Shown here: in pieces, positions 37,675 through 46,745 of the stretch | Layout: each line of letters begins with the position of its first letter | How positions within the stretch are numbered: the first letter of the stretch is position 1 | Source: an uncultured Actinomycetes bacterium | GTDB taxonomy: Bacteria; Actinomycetota; Acidimicrobiia; Spongiisociales; DATADW01 | DNA length: 64,000 nucleotides | Direction of reading: 5' to 3' | Assembly: GCA_963758695.1 (NCBI GenBank) | Contig: CAVWWM010000018.1 | Coordinates: 10,234-74,233 of the forward strand | The notes under the pieces: generated by a model | Seen by the model: the letters and a program-made list of their open reading frames with translations, nothing else | The model's database searches: none | What the model was told of the DNA's origin: nothing | Translations under genes and position numbers: made by a program

Positions 37675-38715
37675 GTGACAGCGGGAGATGGCGAGACCAG
37701 GTCGGCCAAACCGACGCTGCGTGATGTCGCCCGAGAGGCGGGAGTGCACGTCTCCACCGTCTCCCGTGTTCTCAATGACCGGGCGGCGGCGGGTCGGATC
37801 ACCCAGGACACCGAGCGTCGCATCCGCGACGTTGCCCAACGGTTGGGTTACCGGCCGAACACCATCGCTCGTGCCCTCCGCACAGGGAGAACTCTCGTCG
37901 TCGGGATGGTCGTCCCCGACGTGGCGAATCTGTATCAGGCAGGGATCACCCGCGGCGCAGGCGATGTCCTCTCTGCGGATGGCTACTCGTTGCTACTCGC
38001 CAGCACCGACGACGACCCCGAGCACGCCGAGGTGCAGGTGTCGGCCATGCTTGGCGTCCAAGCCGAGGGTCTGCTCTACGGAATCGCCAGGGACGACGAT
38101 CAGATTCTCGCCGGAATCGTCGACGAGGGGATCCCCGTCGTCCTCTTCAACCGGGGCACGGATCTCTCCACCACCAGCGCCGTGCTACCCGACGATCACG
38201 CCGGCACCAGGATGGCGGTGGAGCACCTCCTCTCGCTGGGTCATCGCAACATCGTCCACGTTGGGGGACCGAAGGACGTGTCCTCCACCGTCAACCGCCT
38301 CGGGGCTTTCGAGGAGACGCTTCGGGAAGCCGGTCTGACCGGGGGAAGAGGCTTCGCCAATCGTCACGTAGAGGAGGAGGGCTACCGGGTGACGAGTGAG
38401 CTTCTCGAGGAGCGGCCGGAAACAACCGCGGTGGTCGCAGCAAACGATCGCCTCGCCTTGGGAGCCATCGATGCCATCAGGGGCCGCGGGATCACCTGCC
38501 CCGAGGACGTCTCGGTGGTGGGCTTCAACGACATGCCCTACAGCGAGCGGTTCTCACCACCACTGACGACGGTGCGCATATCCCAATACGAACTCGGCTC
38601 CTTGGCGGCGAGGATCCTGCTGGCGACGATCTCCGACCCGGGACGGCCCGCCGAGACCCAGTTGGTCGCACCCGAACTGGTGGTCAGGGGGTCGACGGCT
38701 CCGCCTCGGACCTGA
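37675..38715 (+). CDS. LacI-family transcriptional regulator
   Basis: GTG 37675 in the frame of ORF 37567..38715. [26 protein letters not shown]. Periplasmic-binding-fold body ([20 protein letters not shown]). Confidence 0.88.
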   Translation: MTAGDGETRSAKPTLRDVAREAGVHVSTVSRVLNDRAAAGRITQDTERRIRDVAQRLGYRPNTIARALRTGRTLVVGMVVPDVANLYQAGITRGAGDVLSADGYSLLLASTDDDPEHAEVQVSAMLGVQAEGLLYGIARDDDQILAGIVDEGIPVVLFNRGTDLSTTSAVLPDDHAGTRMAVEHLLSLGHRNIVHVGGPKDVSSTVNRLGAFEETLREAGLTGGRGFANRHVEEEGYRVTSELLEERPETTAVVAANDRLALGAIDAIRGRGITCPEDVSVVGFNDMPYSERFSPPLTTVRISQYELGSLAARILLATISDPGRPAETQLVAPELVVRGSTAPPRT

Positions 38716-38734
38716 CAAGGGTTAGTGTCCTGAA

Positions 38735-38744
38735 CAACCGTTTG
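38735..38744. promoter_or_regulatory. LacI-type operator-like site CAACCGTTTG between the LacI gene and the creatininase-family gene
   Basis: Lies 20 nt after the LacI stop. Overlaps the first possible GTG (38744) of the next ORF. Confidence 0.4.
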
Positions 38745-38773
38745 TGCATCCCGAATGGTCCGGAGGAGACGCC

Positions 38774-39553
38774 TTGAGTCACGAGCGCATGCTGCTCGCC
38801 AATATGACCCAACCCGAGGCCGAGGAGGCGTTTCGGCGGGGATTGGTCGTACTGGTGACGGGGAGCATCGAGCAGCACGGCGGTCACCTGCCGCTTGGAA
38901 CCGACGCCTTCGCCGCCCTGACCATCGCGCTGCGCGTCGGGGAGAGACTGGAGGCACCAGTCGTCCCGCTTACTCCACTCGGGGTGGCTCCGTACCACCT
39001 CCCCTGGCCGGGGACGCTGAGCGTCAGACCGGAGACATTGGCAGCACTGTTGGTCGACGTCTGTGAGGGACTCGCCGGCGCAGGCGTGGAGCGGGTAGTG
39101 GTCGTCAACTGGCACGAGGGCAACTCGACGGCGATCCGCTTGGGGGCCGATCGTGCCCAGCAGCAGTTCCCGTTGCGTGTCGTCGTCGCCGAGTCCCACG
39201 TTCTCACCAATGGCCTGTTTCCGGACGAGATGGAGTTCACCCACGGAGGATCGATGGAGACTGCGGCGGTCCTCGCCCACGATCCGGAACTGGTGAGGCT
39301 GGACCAACGGCTGGAAGGCGACCCGGTGGACCGGGCGTCAGAGGGACATGCCCTGTTCCGGCGCCGCGACGTGTTCCCGATCTTGTCGGACTTCAGGGAA
39401 GTCGCACCATTGGGTTGGTATGGGACTCCGGATGCGATCAGCGAAGAGCGCTCCAGGGAGATCATCGACGCCGTCGCCGAGCACATCGTCCGCTCGGTTG
39501 AGGAGGTTTGGCAAGCCCTGGCGGAGCGCGCACCGAGGGAGGATCGGTCGTGA
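38774..39553 (+). CDS. Creatininase (creatinine amidohydrolase) family protein
   Basis: GSIEQHGGHLPLGTD, NWHEGN, HGGSMET. Start uncertain (GTG 38744, TTG 38774 with GGAGGAG 5 nt upstream, ATG 38789). Confidence 0.85.
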   Translation: MSHERMLLANMTQPEAEEAFRRGLVVLVTGSIEQHGGHLPLGTDAFAALTIALRVGERLEAPVVPLTPLGVAPYHLPWPGTLSVRPETLAALLVDVCEGLAGAGVERVVVVNWHEGNSTAIRLGADRAQQQFPLRVVVAESHVLTNGLFPDEMEFTHGGSMETAAVLAHDPELVRLDQRLEGDPVDRASEGHALFRRRDVFPILSDFREVAPLGWYGTPDAISEERSREIIDAVAEHIVRSVEEVWQALAERAPREDRS

Positions 39554-40602
39554 CCACGATGAGGGCCGCCGTGCTGAGAGCGTGGAACGATCTCGCTGTG
39601 GAGGAAGTCGAGGTGCCAGAAGTTGCCCCCGGTGAAGTCCTCGTCCGGGTGCGGGCGTGTGGCTTGTGCGGCACCGACCTCAAGATGGTCCGCGGGGCGT
39701 TCCAGGACCGGGGCTGGCCGCCGTCTCTGCCCTTCGTGATGGGACACGAGTGGTCAGGGGAGGTGGTTTCCCTCGGCGAGGGTCTCGACGATTCGCCTCT
39801 GCGCCCAGGAGACAAGGTCGTGGCCGAGAACCACATCGGCTGTGGCCGCTGCCCCATGTGCCGCCGGGGCCGTTACAACCTGTGCGAAAGATCTGGAACG
39901 CCCGGGTACCGGCTCTACGGACACACCGCTCCCGGGGCTCTGGCCCAGTACGCAGTGAGACCCGCCCAGATGCTCCACAAGGTGCCCGACTCGGTCAGCC
40001 CGCTCGAGGGTGCGTTGGTGAACCAAGGGTCTCTGGCGGTGCACGCCCTTCGCCGCGTCGAGTTCCTCCCCGGGTCGAGCGTTGCCATCTTTGGCCCGGG
40101 TCTGCTCGGTCTGCTCACCGCCGCTGTGGCCTCGGCTTCGGGGGCGTCCCCTTCGATCATGGTCGGACGAGGAAGCCGGCTCGACCTTGCGACGCGGATG
40201 GGATGTGACGAAGTGGTCGACTACGAGAAGGAGGATGCTGTTGCCGGAGTGCGCCGGATCACGGGGGGGCGAGGGGTCGATTACGTGTTCGACTGCACCG
40301 GCAACCCGGAGGTGCCTGCCCAGGCAATCGGTGCGGCGCGACGTGGGGGGAAGGTCGCCGTGCTCGGCCTCACCGGGGGCAAGCAATCATCCATCGATGT
40401 CGACCGCCTCACATTGGACGAGATCGACCTGATGGGGATCCGATCGAGTCCCAACGCCTACCCGGCAATGATCGAACTGATGCGCTCGGGGAAGGTAGAC
40501 CTGAGCCCTCTGGTCACCCACGTCTACCCGCTGGAGTCCGTCGGAGATGCCCTCGCCGCCTTGGAGTCACGTGAGGCGGTGCGGCCGATAGTGGAGTTGT
40601 GA
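39550..40602 (+). CDS. Zn-dependent medium-chain alcohol / sorbitol dehydrogenase-like oxidoreductase
   Basis: GTGA overlap (GTG 39550; ATG 39559 alternative). CGLCGTDLKM, GHEWSGEV, CGRCPMCRRGRYNLC, IFGPGLLGLL. Confidence 0.88.
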   Translation: MTTMRAAVLRAWNDLAVEEVEVPEVAPGEVLVRVRACGLCGTDLKMVRGAFQDRGWPPSLPFVMGHEWSGEVVSLGEGLDDSPLRPGDKVVAENHIGCGRCPMCRRGRYNLCERSGTPGYRLYGHTAPGALAQYAVRPAQMLHKVPDSVSPLEGALVNQGSLAVHALRRVEFLPGSSVAIFGPGLLGLLTAAVASASGASPSIMVGRGSRLDLATRMGCDEVVDYEKEDAVAGVRRITGGRGVDYVFDCTGNPEVPAQAIGAARRGGKVAVLGLTGGKQSSIDVDRLTLDEIDLMGIRSSPNAYPAMIELMRSGKVDLSPLVTHVYPLESVGDALAALESREAVRPIVEL

Positions 40603-41081
40603 CCGTGGCCCTGGTGGAGCATCCCCATATCTCGATGTTCGGCTCGACCGAATGCACCTGCACCGAGGAGGAGGCGAAGGCCCTCGCCGTCGTCGCTGCC
40701 TACCGCGTGGCCAAGGTCTCGGAGAGGCGTCCATACCTCGCGGCGGACTTCAAACGCCACCGAGCGGGGTTCACCCATATCGGCGACCTCTGGGAGACCG
40801 AAGGGCCCAAGGGTATGGACGACGACTCGATGCGTGACCGTCAGAACATCCTCCTCGAGTTGACCGCCAAGAACGACAAGGTATGGGGGATCTTCCGGGT
40901 GGTCGGGACCCATACCGGATCGTTGTACGGCATCCCGGCGACCGGGCGTCATATCGACGTGGTCGAGGTCGGGTTATGGCGTGTCGAGGACGGGGTCATC
41001 GCCGAAGCCTGGTACTTCGGGGACGAATTGGGCCTGCTCAGGGCGGTCGGTCTCAATCCGCCTGATCTGACAGCGGAGTAA
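40599..41081 (+). CDS. SnoaL-like / ester-cyclase (NTF2-fold) protein
   Basis: GTGA overlap. GTHTGSLYGIPATGRHIDVVEVGLWRVEDGVIAEAWYFGDELGLL matches the ester-cyclase pattern. Confidence 0.7.
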   Translation: MTVALVEHPHISMFGSTECTCTEEEAKALAVVAAYRVAKVSERRPYLAADFKRHRAGFTHIGDLWETEGPKGMDDDSMRDRQNILLELTAKNDKVWGIFRVVGTHTGSLYGIPATGRHIDVVEVGLWRVEDGVIAEAWYFGDELGLLRAVGLNPPDLTAE

Positions 41082-42456
41082 CTTCTCGGACCAGATCGGG
41101 CCGCTGACCGGTGTGGAGGACGCATGCGGTCAGGTGACCACCACCGATGTCCTCCAATTCGACCGGTTCGACCGGGTTGAACCGGATGTGCATCTTCCGG
41201 TCTTCGATCGACAGCTTGTCGATGGCAGCCTTCATGGCAGGCGGCATGTCGCCACTTTCGGCGGCCGTGCCCACGGTCGATGCTGTCTCTTCATCCTGGA
41301 AAACGAGAGTGGCGTCGAAATTGGATCGGCGCTCGACATCGGTGAGACCGCCGAGCAGTAGGTCGTTGGCGTTAAGCCAGGCAACCAGGTCGTCGACCTC
41401 CCAGCCGCAGATCGGAGTTGCGACCGGGCAGCGGGTGTGGAAGCGGCAGCCTTCGGGTGGGTTGGAGGGATCGGGGACCGTGCCCCGCAGACCCCTCATC
41501 TCAGATTGCTCGGAGTTGATGTCGGGATTGGCGGCGAGGAGAGCATCGGTGTACGGGTGCCTGGGATCCTGGAACAACTCCTCGGCGGTGCCGTATTCGG
41601 CGACCTTGCCCAGGTACATGACCGCGACGCGATCGCTCATCAAGCGCACCACACCGAGGTCGTGGCTGATGAAGAGATAGGTGAGACCGCGTTCCTTCTG
41701 CAGCTCGTGGAGGAGGTTGAGGATCTGCGCCTGAACCGACACGTCGAGGGCGCTGGTCGGCTCGTCGAGGACGATGAACTCGGGATCGAGCGCCAGCGCC
41801 CTGGCGATTGAGATCCGCTGCCTCTGACCTCCGGAGAACTGATGTGGAAAGCGGTAGAGATGCTGTCTCCCCAGACCAACGCTCTCCAGCAACTCGACCA
41901 CCCTTTCGGTGGATTCCTGGCCCGACGCTTCCTTGTACACCCGGAGGGGACGTCCCACCAGGTCCTTGACCAGGTGTCTCGGGTTGAGCGAGCTGAAAGA
42001 GTCCTGGAAGACGATCTGGCAGTTGCGGCGATAAGTCCGCCAGGCATGTCTCGTCATCCCACCGATGCGGTGGTTGGTGTCGATCCGCTCCACCTCTGCC
42101 CGCTGCTCGCGGGTGCGGTCGTGCTCGGGTATGGAATCGACCATGTCGAGGTAGGCGGCATCCTTGTCGGAGAGCCGGAAGTAGATGCTGCCACCGGTCG
42201 TCGGGACCAGCCCAGTGATGCAGCGGCCGAGCGTGGTCTTTCCGCACCCGGACTCACCCACGAGCCCCACCGTCTCTCCGGGTCGCACCTCGAACGAGAC
42301 CCCGTCGACGGCCATCACATTGCCGACCACCCGCTGCAGTGTTCCTTCCCTGATGGGGAAGTACTTCTCGGCCCCACGCACCGATATGACCGAACGATCC
42401 GCCTTCGCCATCTGTTGGGCGCCATCCCGGGTCCTGACCGAGGTCACGAGACCCAT
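41053..42456 (-). CDS. ABC transporter ATP-binding protein (DppF/OppF-like) with an extra C-terminal region of about 125 aa
   Basis: Walker A GESGCGKTT, signature FSGGQRQR, Walker B FIVLDEPTSALD, oligo_HPY-like HPYTDALL...RCPVATPIC. About 125 further residues follow. Alternative start ATG 42411. Confidence 0.88.
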   Translation of the reverse strand: MGLVTSVRTRDGAQQMAKADRSVISVRGAEKYFPIREGTLQRVVGNVMAVDGVSFEVRPGETVGLVGESGCGKTTLGRCITGLVPTTGGSIYFRLSDKDAAYLDMVDSIPEHDRTREQRAEVERIDTNHRIGGMTRHAWRTYRRNCQIVFQDSFSSLNPRHLVKDLVGRPLRVYKEASGQESTERVVELLESVGLGRQHLYRFPHQFSGGQRQRISIARALALDPEFIVLDEPTSALDVSVQAQILNLLHELQKERGLTYLFISHDLGVVRLMSDRVAVMYLGKVAEYGTAEELFQDPRHPYTDALLAANPDINSEQSEMRGLRGTVPDPSNPPEGCRFHTRCPVATPICGWEVDDLVAWLNANDLLLGGLTDVERRSNFDATLVFQDEETASTVGTAAESGDMPPAMKAAIDKLSIEDRKMHIRFNPVEPVELEDIGGGHLTACVLHTGQRPDLVREVTPLSDQAD

Positions 42457-43673
42457 CTCTCCACGGAGGGGAGCAGGACGTTGCCGTCAACCGTGTCGTA
42501 TGCGAAGCACGAGACCGAGTGTTCATCCTCGACGGTCACCAGCGAGGGATCGGTGGTATGGCAGATCTCGACTGCGTAAGGGCATCGAGTGCTGAATCGG
42601 CACGACGGCGGCGGTTCAACCAACTCCGGCACATTCCCATGGATTGCCGCCAGCCGGCCTCGCTGGTTGGTGGCCGAAGGAACGGCAGCCATCAGCCCTC
42701 TCGTGTATGGGTGCAAGGGGTTGCGGAACACCTCCTCCGTCGTTCCTGTCTCGACGATCCGACCGGCGTACATGACGGCGACCCGATCGCAGATCTCCCT
42801 GACCAGTGACAGGTCGTGACTGATATAGAGCACGGAGGTCTCGAGCCGCTCCTGCAGCTCGGCGAGAAGCTCGAGGATCCTCGCCTGGATGGTCACGTCC
42901 AAAGCCGTCGTCGGCTCGTCGGCGATGAGCAGATCGGGGTTGCAGGCCAGGGCCTGAGCAATGAGGACTCGCTGCTTCATGCCTCCGGAGAGCTCATGGG
43001 GGTAGCTCTCCATGATCTTGCGCGGATTGGCGATCTGTGTCTCGGCCAGGGCGTGGATCACCAGCTCGTCGACCCGTCGCTTCAGCTTGGCTGCCTTCGC
43101 CCGCCACGGTGGGATCCTCATCAAGAGGCGCTCGAGGCTCCTCGTTTCCTGTGTGGCTGCCCTGCGGATGATGGTGGGCACATCGGGGCCAAGGGCTTCT
43201 AGGATCTCATCGGATCGGTGCTGGTAGAAGACCTCGGCGATCTGGCTCCGAATCGAGAGGGCGGGATTGAGCGCCTTGCCCGGATCCTGGAAGATCATGG
43301 CTATGCGATCTCCGCGGATCGAAAGCATATCTTCGTTTGGGATCGTGAGCAGGTCGATCGGATCGTGGTTGTACTTCCGGGCCTCCGAGGATAAGAAATG
43401 AATTTCGCCACCGGCATACACGCCGGGCGGCGTCGGGATCAGGCGTATGAAGGATCGAGCGGTCACGCTCTTGCCACAGCCGGTCTCGCCAACGAGACCG
43501 AGGGTCTCGTTGTCCCTTATGTCGAAAGAGACACCGTCAACGGCGTGGACCACGCCCGCCTTGGTGTTGAAGTGAACCCGAAGATCCCGCACCGAGGCGA
43601 CTAGCGGCCGCGTCTCCCGTCGTTGCATCGCCCTACCCGTGATTTGGCTCCCGACCCCAATCTCGTCACGCAT
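42444..43673 (-). CDS. ABC transporter ATP-binding protein (DppD/OppD-like)
   Basis: Walker [10 protein letters not shown], signature LSGGMKQR, Walker [21 protein letters not shown]...RCPYAVEIC. Alternative start ATG 43628. Confidence 0.88.
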   Translation of the reverse strand: MRDEIGVGSQITGRAMQRRETRPLVASVRDLRVHFNTKAGVVHAVDGVSFDIRDNETLGLVGETGCGKSVTARSFIRLIPTPPGVYAGGEIHFLSSEARKYNHDPIDLLTIPNEDMLSIRGDRIAMIFQDPGKALNPALSIRSQIAEVFYQHRSDEILEALGPDVPTIIRRAATQETRSLERLLMRIPPWRAKAAKLKRRVDELVIHALAETQIANPRKIMESYPHELSGGMKQRVLIAQALACNPDLLIADEPTTALDVTIQARILELLAELQERLETSVLYISHDLSLVREICDRVAVMYAGRIVETGTTEEVFRNPLHPYTRGLMAAVPSATNQRGRLAAIHGNVPELVEPPPSCRFSTRCPYAVEICHTTDPSLVTVEDEHSVSCFAYDTVDGNVLLPSVERWVS

Positions 43674-43805
43674 CGCCTTGATCTACCTCCGAAGAGGTCG
43701 CCGCAACCATGAAGTCCGCAGGCTGCCGACCGGTGGTATCCCGTCCCGGCAAGGGTTTACACCGATCTTCCGCTGGTCAGTTGCCATCTCCGCTTCGATG
43801 TTCAG

Positions 43806-43815
43806 CAATCGATTG
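43806..43815. promoter_or_regulatory. LacI-type operator-like palindrome (GCAATCGATTGC, perfect 12-mer 43805-43816) upstream of the ABC ATPase genes
   Basis: Lies 133 nt upstream of start 43673, within the 255-bp intergenic region. Confidence 0.4.
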
Positions 43816-43928
43816 CGAGGCACCGAACGATATAACGCCGGCACGCTGCCTGCAACCGATCGTCAGCGACTGGACACGATCACGCGTCCCTCTTCCGAGC
43901 GCCGATCCCAGTGTCGATTGGCGCCTTC

Positions 43929-45188
43929 TCAGCCGGGTGGGGCGGTGGTGTCCGGCGGTGCGATGGTCGTGGCCGGCGGAGGGGTGGTCGTTGCCGGCGG
44001 TGGGGTCGTCGTTGCGGGGATGGTCGTAGCCGGCAGCGTGGTGGCCGTCAACAAGCCCTCGAGGGCGGCGATGGCTTCCTGGAAGGCGGCCAGTGTGGCG
44101 GCATCGACTTCCCCGGTGGGCTCGACGCCGAGTTCCGTCTGGAAAGCCTGGAGTGCTGCGGTGAGCTCTTCGGTCCACTCTCCGTCGATAGGCCCTGTCC
44201 AGTGACCGGTCAGGGTGAGCACGGTCTGCACCGCCGCGGTGTGCGTCATCTCCGCCGCCGCGGCCTCTTCCCCGAGTTCCGCCAGCAGGTCGTCGAGCGC
44301 CTGGGTGGTTGCCACGTCGACGTATCCCGTCCGGCGTAAGTCGCTGTCGGCCTGCAAACGCTTCACCGCCTCGACGGTCTGCGGGCCGTATATCCCGTCG
44401 ATGGCGCCGTCGTAGTAGCCCACCTTCTGCAACTCGGTCTGCAGCGTCGTCGTGTAGGCGGTCACCTGCGCCACGCCCTCGGCTTGCTGCTCGTCATCGA
44501 GGCAGCCGGCGTCGGAGAGAAGCCTCAGCCAGGCGATTTGGAGGGCGAAGGCCGCCGAGTTGTACTCGGCCGTCGCCTCCGCCAGCGGGGTCGCATTCGT
44601 GATACCCCTGCCGGTCTGGGCCAGATCGTCCTCGGCCTGCTGCACCCGCTCGATGGTGGACGCCGGCACGATCGTCGTCGTCGTCGTCGTCCCGGGAGTT
44701 GTCGAGCTGGTGGGCACGCTGGAAGCGGTGGCGACCGCCGCCGCCAGCGCGGCCTGCGCGTCGATGAGCTCCTGCTCGGCGGCGGCGACAGCGGTCTTGG
44801 CCTCGCCGACGCCGTCTGCGGCAGACGCCACCGACTCACGCGGCTCGACGAGGTCGGCACCGGCGGTGGTGACATCGCCGACCGTGGCCGCTTCGTCGGT
44901 GAACAGCATGCCGTAGCGATCGAGCGCTTCCACGTAGCCGGTTGCATCGCTGCAGAATTGCTCGCCGGCCGCGGTGAGGGCGTCCTGGGCCTCGATGATG
45001 CCCGCCTCCGCCGCCTCGACCTGCGCCTCGGCTGCCGCTACCGGGTCCCTCCGTTCGGTCGTAGCCGGTGCTGCGGTGCCGGTGCCACCGCTCGTGCTCA
45101 CGCCGGCGACCTGGTTGCACGCCGCAGTCATCAGGGCGGCAGCCACCAGCACTGCCAGGGATCGGCGTCCACGGGGCATCCACCTCAC
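43929..45188 (-). CDS. Secreted lipoprotein with an Ala/Glu-rich helical region, two peptidoglycan-binding (PG_binding_1-like) repeats and a Thr/Pro-rich tail
   Basis: Signal and lipobox LMTAAC. GYYDGAIDGIYGPQTVEAVKRLQ and GHWTGPIDGEWTEELTAALQAFQ. C-terminal ATTTPPPATTTPPPATT. Confidence 0.75.
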   Translation of the reverse strand: MRWMPRGRRSLAVLVAAALMTAACNQVAGVSTSGGTGTAAPATTERRDPVAAAEAQVEAAEAGIIEAQDALTAAGEQFCSDATGYVEALDRYGMLFTDEAATVGDVTTAGADLVEPRESVASAADGVGEAKTAVAAAEQELIDAQAALAAAVATASSVPTSSTTPGTTTTTTIVPASTIERVQQAEDDLAQTGRGITNATPLAEATAEYNSAAFALQIAWLRLLSDAGCLDDEQQAEGVAQVTAYTTTLQTELQKVGYYDGAIDGIYGPQTVEAVKRLQADSDLRRTGYVDVATTQALDDLLAELGEEAAAAEMTHTAAVQTVLTLTGHWTGPIDGEWTEELTAALQAFQTELGVEPTGEVDAATLAAFQEAIAALEGLLTATTLPATTIPATTTPPPATTTPPPATTIAPPDTTAPPG

Positions 45189-45296
45189 GTCATGCGCTCC
45201 TTCGTATCGATTGAATCAAGGGTCGAGTTGCAGCCGTCGACCGCGCCGCCACCTTGAACGCGGTCACGTCGGTGCGGGCCAAGCAGGCACAGTACG

Positions 45297-46664
45297 TCAT
45301 CGGGACCCGTGCAGATCGGCAAACCGCTCGAAGAAGAGGACCATCGCGATCACCGTCTTCCGAAACTCGTCGATGACGAGTCGCTCGTTGGGAGCGTGAA
45401 GGTTGCAGAGCATGTCCTCGGCGCCGAAGAGCAAGACCTCAGCCTCCGGAGCGGCGGCTTGGAGCCCGCTCACCAGAGGTATCGCCCCCCCGCTGCCGAT
45501 TTCGATGGGTTCTCGACCCCATGCCTGGCGAAGAGCCTCTCGGGCTGCACCGTAGGCGGGTCCGTCGGTCGTGGTCTCGAAGCCATCGCCTGCCTCGACA
45601 GGCTTCGCCACCAGCTGGATTCCGAACGGCTTGATTGCATTGAGATGCTCTATGACGGCGGCTTGCGCTTCCCTGGCCTTCTGCTGTGGGTGGACGCGGA
45701 TGTTGATCAGCGCCTTGGCCTCTGGCACGACTGCCAGCACCGCACCTTCAGTACGCGGGGCGTCGAGCCCCACCACGGTCAGCGCCGGACCGGCCCAGAG
45801 CCGGTCGGCGATAGTGCCGACGCCGAAGAGTGGGCTATCTGCTGCCAAGCCGGCCATTTCACGATATTGAGCCTCGTCTATGGGTTGTGCGCCTTCCCAT
45901 TCGTCGCGCAGCAGACCCTCGACGGCAGGACTCCCTCGCTCGTCATGAAGCGTGGAAAGGGCATGGATCAGCGTGATTAGGGCATCCGGCGCTGGACCTC
46001 CGTATTCGCCGCTGTGCTTGGGTTCGGGAAGCGTGCGGACCTGCAACATCACCTCGGCGTCGCCCCGCAGGGCAGTGGTGAACGTGGGCACACCCGGCCT
46101 TATGTTGCCCATGTCGGCGATGACCATGGCGTCACATGCGAACCTCTCCGGGTCCGTGGGCGGGTAGTAGTCAAACGGGCTGCCGGATTCCTCCTGGCCT
46201 TCGAAGACGATCTTGAGGTTGACCGGCGGCTTGCCCTCGAAATAGCGCAGGGCGCCGAGGTGGGCCATCAGGTTCGATTTGTCGTCAGCCACACCCCGTC
46301 CATAGATGACGCCGTCCTCCTCGACTGGCTCAAACGGCTTGTGAGTCCAAAGCGACTCGTCGCCCGGCGGCTGAACGTCGTAGTGGGAGTAGAGAAGGAC
46401 CGTCGGCGCATTCGGACGACCCTCGACCTCGGCGAAGACTATCGGCGACGTATCGGGAAAGTCGATGGTCTCAATATTCTCCACTCCGATGTCGCGAAGC
46501 AGTCCGACGATGAAGTCGTGGGCTTCGACCACCTTCTCGGTTGGATAGCCGGGAAATGCGATCGAGGGAATGGCGGTCAGGTGCTTGAGATCGCTGATAA
46601 GATCTGGGAGAAGGGTTTCCAGCTTCCTTGAAACTTCGGAGACATCTGGGCGATCGACAGCCAT
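45297..46664 (-). CDS. M20-family dipeptidase / succinyl-DAP-desuccinylase-like metallopeptidase
   Basis: GGAGGAG RBS then ATG 46664 (MAVDRPDVSEV). HYDVQP, GRGVADDK, EGQEESGS. The 569-aa ORF extension is not supported. Confidence 0.85.
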   Translation of the reverse strand: MAVDRPDVSEVSRKLETLLPDLISDLKHLTAIPSIAFPGYPTEKVVEAHDFIVGLLRDIGVENIETIDFPDTSPIVFAEVEGRPNAPTVLLYSHYDVQPPGDESLWTHKPFEPVEEDGVIYGRGVADDKSNLMAHLGALRYFEGKPPVNLKIVFEGQEESGSPFDYYPPTDPERFACDAMVIADMGNIRPGVPTFTTALRGDAEVMLQVRTLPEPKHSGEYGGPAPDALITLIHALSTLHDERGSPAVEGLLRDEWEGAQPIDEAQYREMAGLAADSPLFGVGTIADRLWAGPALTVVGLDAPRTEGAVLAVVPEAKALINIRVHPQQKAREAQAAVIEHLNAIKPFGIQLVAKPVEAGDGFETTTDGPAYGAAREALRQAWGREPIEIGSGGAIPLVSGLQAAAPEAEVLLFGAEDMLCNLHAPNERLVIDEFRKTVIAMVLFFERFADLHGSR

Positions 46665-46745
46665 GCAGCACTCCTCCGACTTGTTGCCGAATCGAAATCT
46701 AATTCGACTCGCGTAATGGAACCAGCGGCCCCGACATAGGAGCAA

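Noticed and set aside
43829-43855. Sigma-70-like promoter for the ABC ATPase operon (TTGCAG ... TATATC on the minus strand)
   Set aside because: The spacer is only 14-15 nt and the -10 box is poor, so I report only the downstream palindrome, not a promoter.
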